DNA of 64,000 nucleotides from a virus: IMG/VR virus record IMGVR_UViG_3300032105_000042, positions 15,693 to 79,692 of that record; one strand, 5' to 3'. Shown piece by piece: positions 62,099 to 64,000 of this stretch (position 1 is its first letter; each line of letters starts with the position of its first letter). The notes under the pieces were generated by a model. It saw only the letters and a program-made list of their open reading frames with translations, ran no database searches and was not told where the DNA came from. The position numbers and the translations under genes were made by a program.

Positions 62099-62412
62099 CA
62101 GTCCCTCATCCCCTGTACTCCCACCATCTTAGTAACTAGCTCGGCAACTTTGCAGCGAGCCTCTACAGTCTCGGCCTGGGATCTCCTGAGTGCCATCACC
62201 AGGCCGAGCTCCTCGCCATCCCTTATCCGACACGCCACCCCGTCGTCCGGTCTCTCGCCAAAGTGATCGCTCGCCGCACCGAACGTAGTGAACCGCTCGC
62301 CGCAGTGGAAGCAGACCCAGCCATCCGGTGGCGCGGAGTAAGTATCTTCGGTCACCCACTGTCCTCCCCCGACGTGCCCGTCGCAGGACGACGGCGGTAG
62401 ACCATGAAACAC
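62098..62412 (-). CDS. C2H2-like Zn-finger protein
   Basis: WVCFHCGERF.....A.DHFG. Confidence 0.55.
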   Translation of the reverse strand: MFHGLPPSSCDGHVGGGQWVTEDTYSAPPDGWVCFHCGERFTTFGAASDHFGERPDDGVACRIRDGEELGLVMALRRSQAETVEARCKVAELVTKMVGVQGMRD

Positions 62413-62879
62413 TGTCCCGTCTGGACCACGGCCACGTGTCGGTCAGTCTCGCCGCAGCTGAAGAGCCCCTTCCAAGGGATACCCAGCTTCCCGCAGGTTG
62501 GGCACGTCGACCTGTCCTTGTCGTAGTCGTAGTTCCCCTCCACACGCCTCAGAAACACGTGTCTCCCATCTATGCGACACTCCAGGATCCCACCAATCTC
62601 TCGGTATAGGCTCGCGTCCAACTCGTCCTTAGTGAAGACTATCTTCGGTGGAATGGGTTTCCAGCCCAAGACCATCACGTTGCTACCATACCGATCGTCG
62701 GCGCGCACGCACGCGACGCAGCGTGGCCCGTACCGTCCCGCCTCACTTATGTGTCTCGTCGCGTCCCGAAAGGGTCGCGGTCGAGCGACGCACACCATTC
62801 CCGTGACCGTCAGCACCTCCGACGGCTTCTCCACGGGAATGGTGTCTATCGAGTGCCAGTCATTTGACGGGTTGGGCAT
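62352..62879 (-). CDS. Hypothetical protein with Zn ribbon
   Basis: WHSIDTIP, CPTCG. Confidence 0.5.
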   Translation of the reverse strand: MPNPSNDWHSIDTIPVEKPSEVLTVTGMVCVARPRPFRDATRHISEAGRYGPRCVACVRADDRYGSNVMVLGWKPIPPKIVFTKDELDASLYREIGGILECRIDGRHVFLRRVEGNYDYDKDRSTCPTCGKLGIPWKGLFSCGETDRHVAVVQTGQCFMVYRRRPATGTSGEDSG

Positions 62880-63076
62880 CTAGTTCACCATACCTCGTAT
62901 GACACGATGTAGACCCTCCGTGTGTGCCATGGAGTGAGCGAGCAATCGCATGTCGAGCTGTTGACTGAAGGCCACAGTCTTCCGCATCTCCTCCTCGAAC
63001 CGTCGACGCTCCACGACTGGCTCCCAGAAGAAGTTGAGAAGTCTGTCAATCAGCCTAACCATCCTTAACCTCCTCC

Positions 63077-63466
63077 CTATGCTTCCTCTCTCGCAGCTTC
63101 AGAAGGGGAACCCTCGAAGATCATGCACTCGGGGAATGGTTCCGACGGGTGCCGCTTGGCAGACATCGTTTTGAAAAGCAGCGTGTATCGCATGGAGCCG
63201 AACCGCTCACAGCTCGGTCCACCTGGCCCCACCACCAGAAATATGCAGCAGTCAGCACCACGGCCCGCACCACACTTGTGCAGGTCCGGAGTGGCATCGT
63301 ACTCCCCAATCTCCTCGAGCTCGTCGGTCTGCGTCCTGAGTCCATACGTCGTTCCCCAGTACACGACCATCGTATCGTCCGGCGAGCAGCAGCAGCCCCA
63401 GGGGTCAGATATGACGACGCCCTCCTTGCTAGTCAGTTTATGTCTTACGAGTGTTCCTTGTTCCAT
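63077..63466 (-). CDS. Cys-rich hypothetical protein
   Basis: KCGAGRGADCCIFL...G.SCERF. Confidence 0.55.
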   Translation of the reverse strand: MEQGTLVRHKLTSKEGVVISDPWGCCCSPDDTMVVYWGTTYGLRTQTDELEEIGEYDATPDLHKCGAGRGADCCIFLVVGPGGPSCERFGSMRYTLLFKTMSAKRHPSEPFPECMIFEGSPSEAAREEA

Positions 63467-63524
63467 CAGCCCATCCTACAATCTAACTCAGTAGCCATAC
63501 TTCTATCTATATAATATATACAAC

Positions 63525-64000
63525 TCAGCCTTCGGTAAAGACCCCATCTCTAGACCTCCGGACAGTAATCACGGACGAGAATAGAGAGGACTCGACGGCC
63601 TGGTGATCCGTGTAGAATATTCGTCGCTGGAGCCTGTCGGCGCGAGCTGGCAGGCACTCGCACAGGTCGCCAATCCCCTCCGGAGATAGACCCCGACTAG
63701 GCTCATCCAGTATCTCCAGGTCAGGCTCCACTCCCGCGTAACTGAGGAGCGTCTCCGACAGAGCCAGCGCACCGATCAGCCGAAGCCGCTGCCTCTCCCC
63801 ACCGGAGAAAGCCTCCCACTTGACTCTGGTACTGTTCTCGGGCGACCTGATCTCCACGTTGAGACCGCGCTGCATCGACCCGGACTTCGTCTCCTTCTCC
63901 ACGCTGTAGATAACCTCCCACCCGTCCAGCCCAAGCTCCGGGCACACCATGTTGGAGACCAGCGAGAGCTCGGAGAGCACCTCCTCCAGCGCGTACAGTC
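63525..64000 (-). CDS. SbcC/Rad50-like (gp46-type) recombination ATPase, C-terminal part (5' end outside the window)
   Basis: ABC signature FSGGE, Walker B ILDEP, H-loop TDH. Confidence 0.88.
   Translation of the reverse strand, partial: LYALEEVLSELSLVSNMVCPELGLDGWEVIYSVEKETKSGSMQRGLNVEIRSPENSTRVKWEAFSGGERQRLRLIGALALSETLLSYAGVEPDLEILDEPSRGLSPEGIGDLCECLPARADRLQRRIFYTDHQAVESSLFSSVITVRRSRDGVFTEG

Noticed and set aside
1-64000. tRNA, tmRNA or rRNA genes and an integrase/repressor lysogeny module
   Set aside because: None recognised by eye in this window; tRNAscan-SE or ARAGORN would be needed to exclude them, and they may lie outside the window.

Overview
This window is part of a dsDNA tailed phage genome with siphovirus-type HK97 head and long-tail genes. 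An alphaproteobacterial host is inferred from GcrA-like, BTLCP and secreted-protein homologues. Layout: thymidine-hypermodification and replication genes (1-11.3 kb); an early-type gene block (12-18 kb); HU and dCTP deaminase; a minus-strand tail, head, lysis and packaging block (20-52.6 kb); and a nucleotide-metabolism/accessory block (53-64 kb). The main discovery is in the early block. Ten type II hammerhead ribozymes (GAAA-stem III-GUC-stem I-CUGAYGA, with a covarying loop I/3' pseudoknot) sit at gene junctions, each directly upstream of a ribosome-binding site; nine share the near-identical ATAGGAGGAGAT(C/T)ATG. A type I hammerhead closes the block. Both non-coding end fragments that cleavage would release carry CTCCTCCTATG, the exact 11-nt complement of that RBS. 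This suggests a self-processing early transcript that also produces its own translational-repressor sRNAs. Other notable items: an aGPT-Pplase1/FkbM/radical SAM hypermodification cassette whose insertion with an HNH gene left a stranded copy of the transferase N-terminus; a MuF-ADP-ribosyltransferase-prohead protease polyprotein; an HNH intein at the catalytic Cys of class II RNR; a RuvC-less IS110-like protein; and a lysis cluster with a BTLCP protease and a lipase. All calls come from manual reading; no database searches or folding programs were run.
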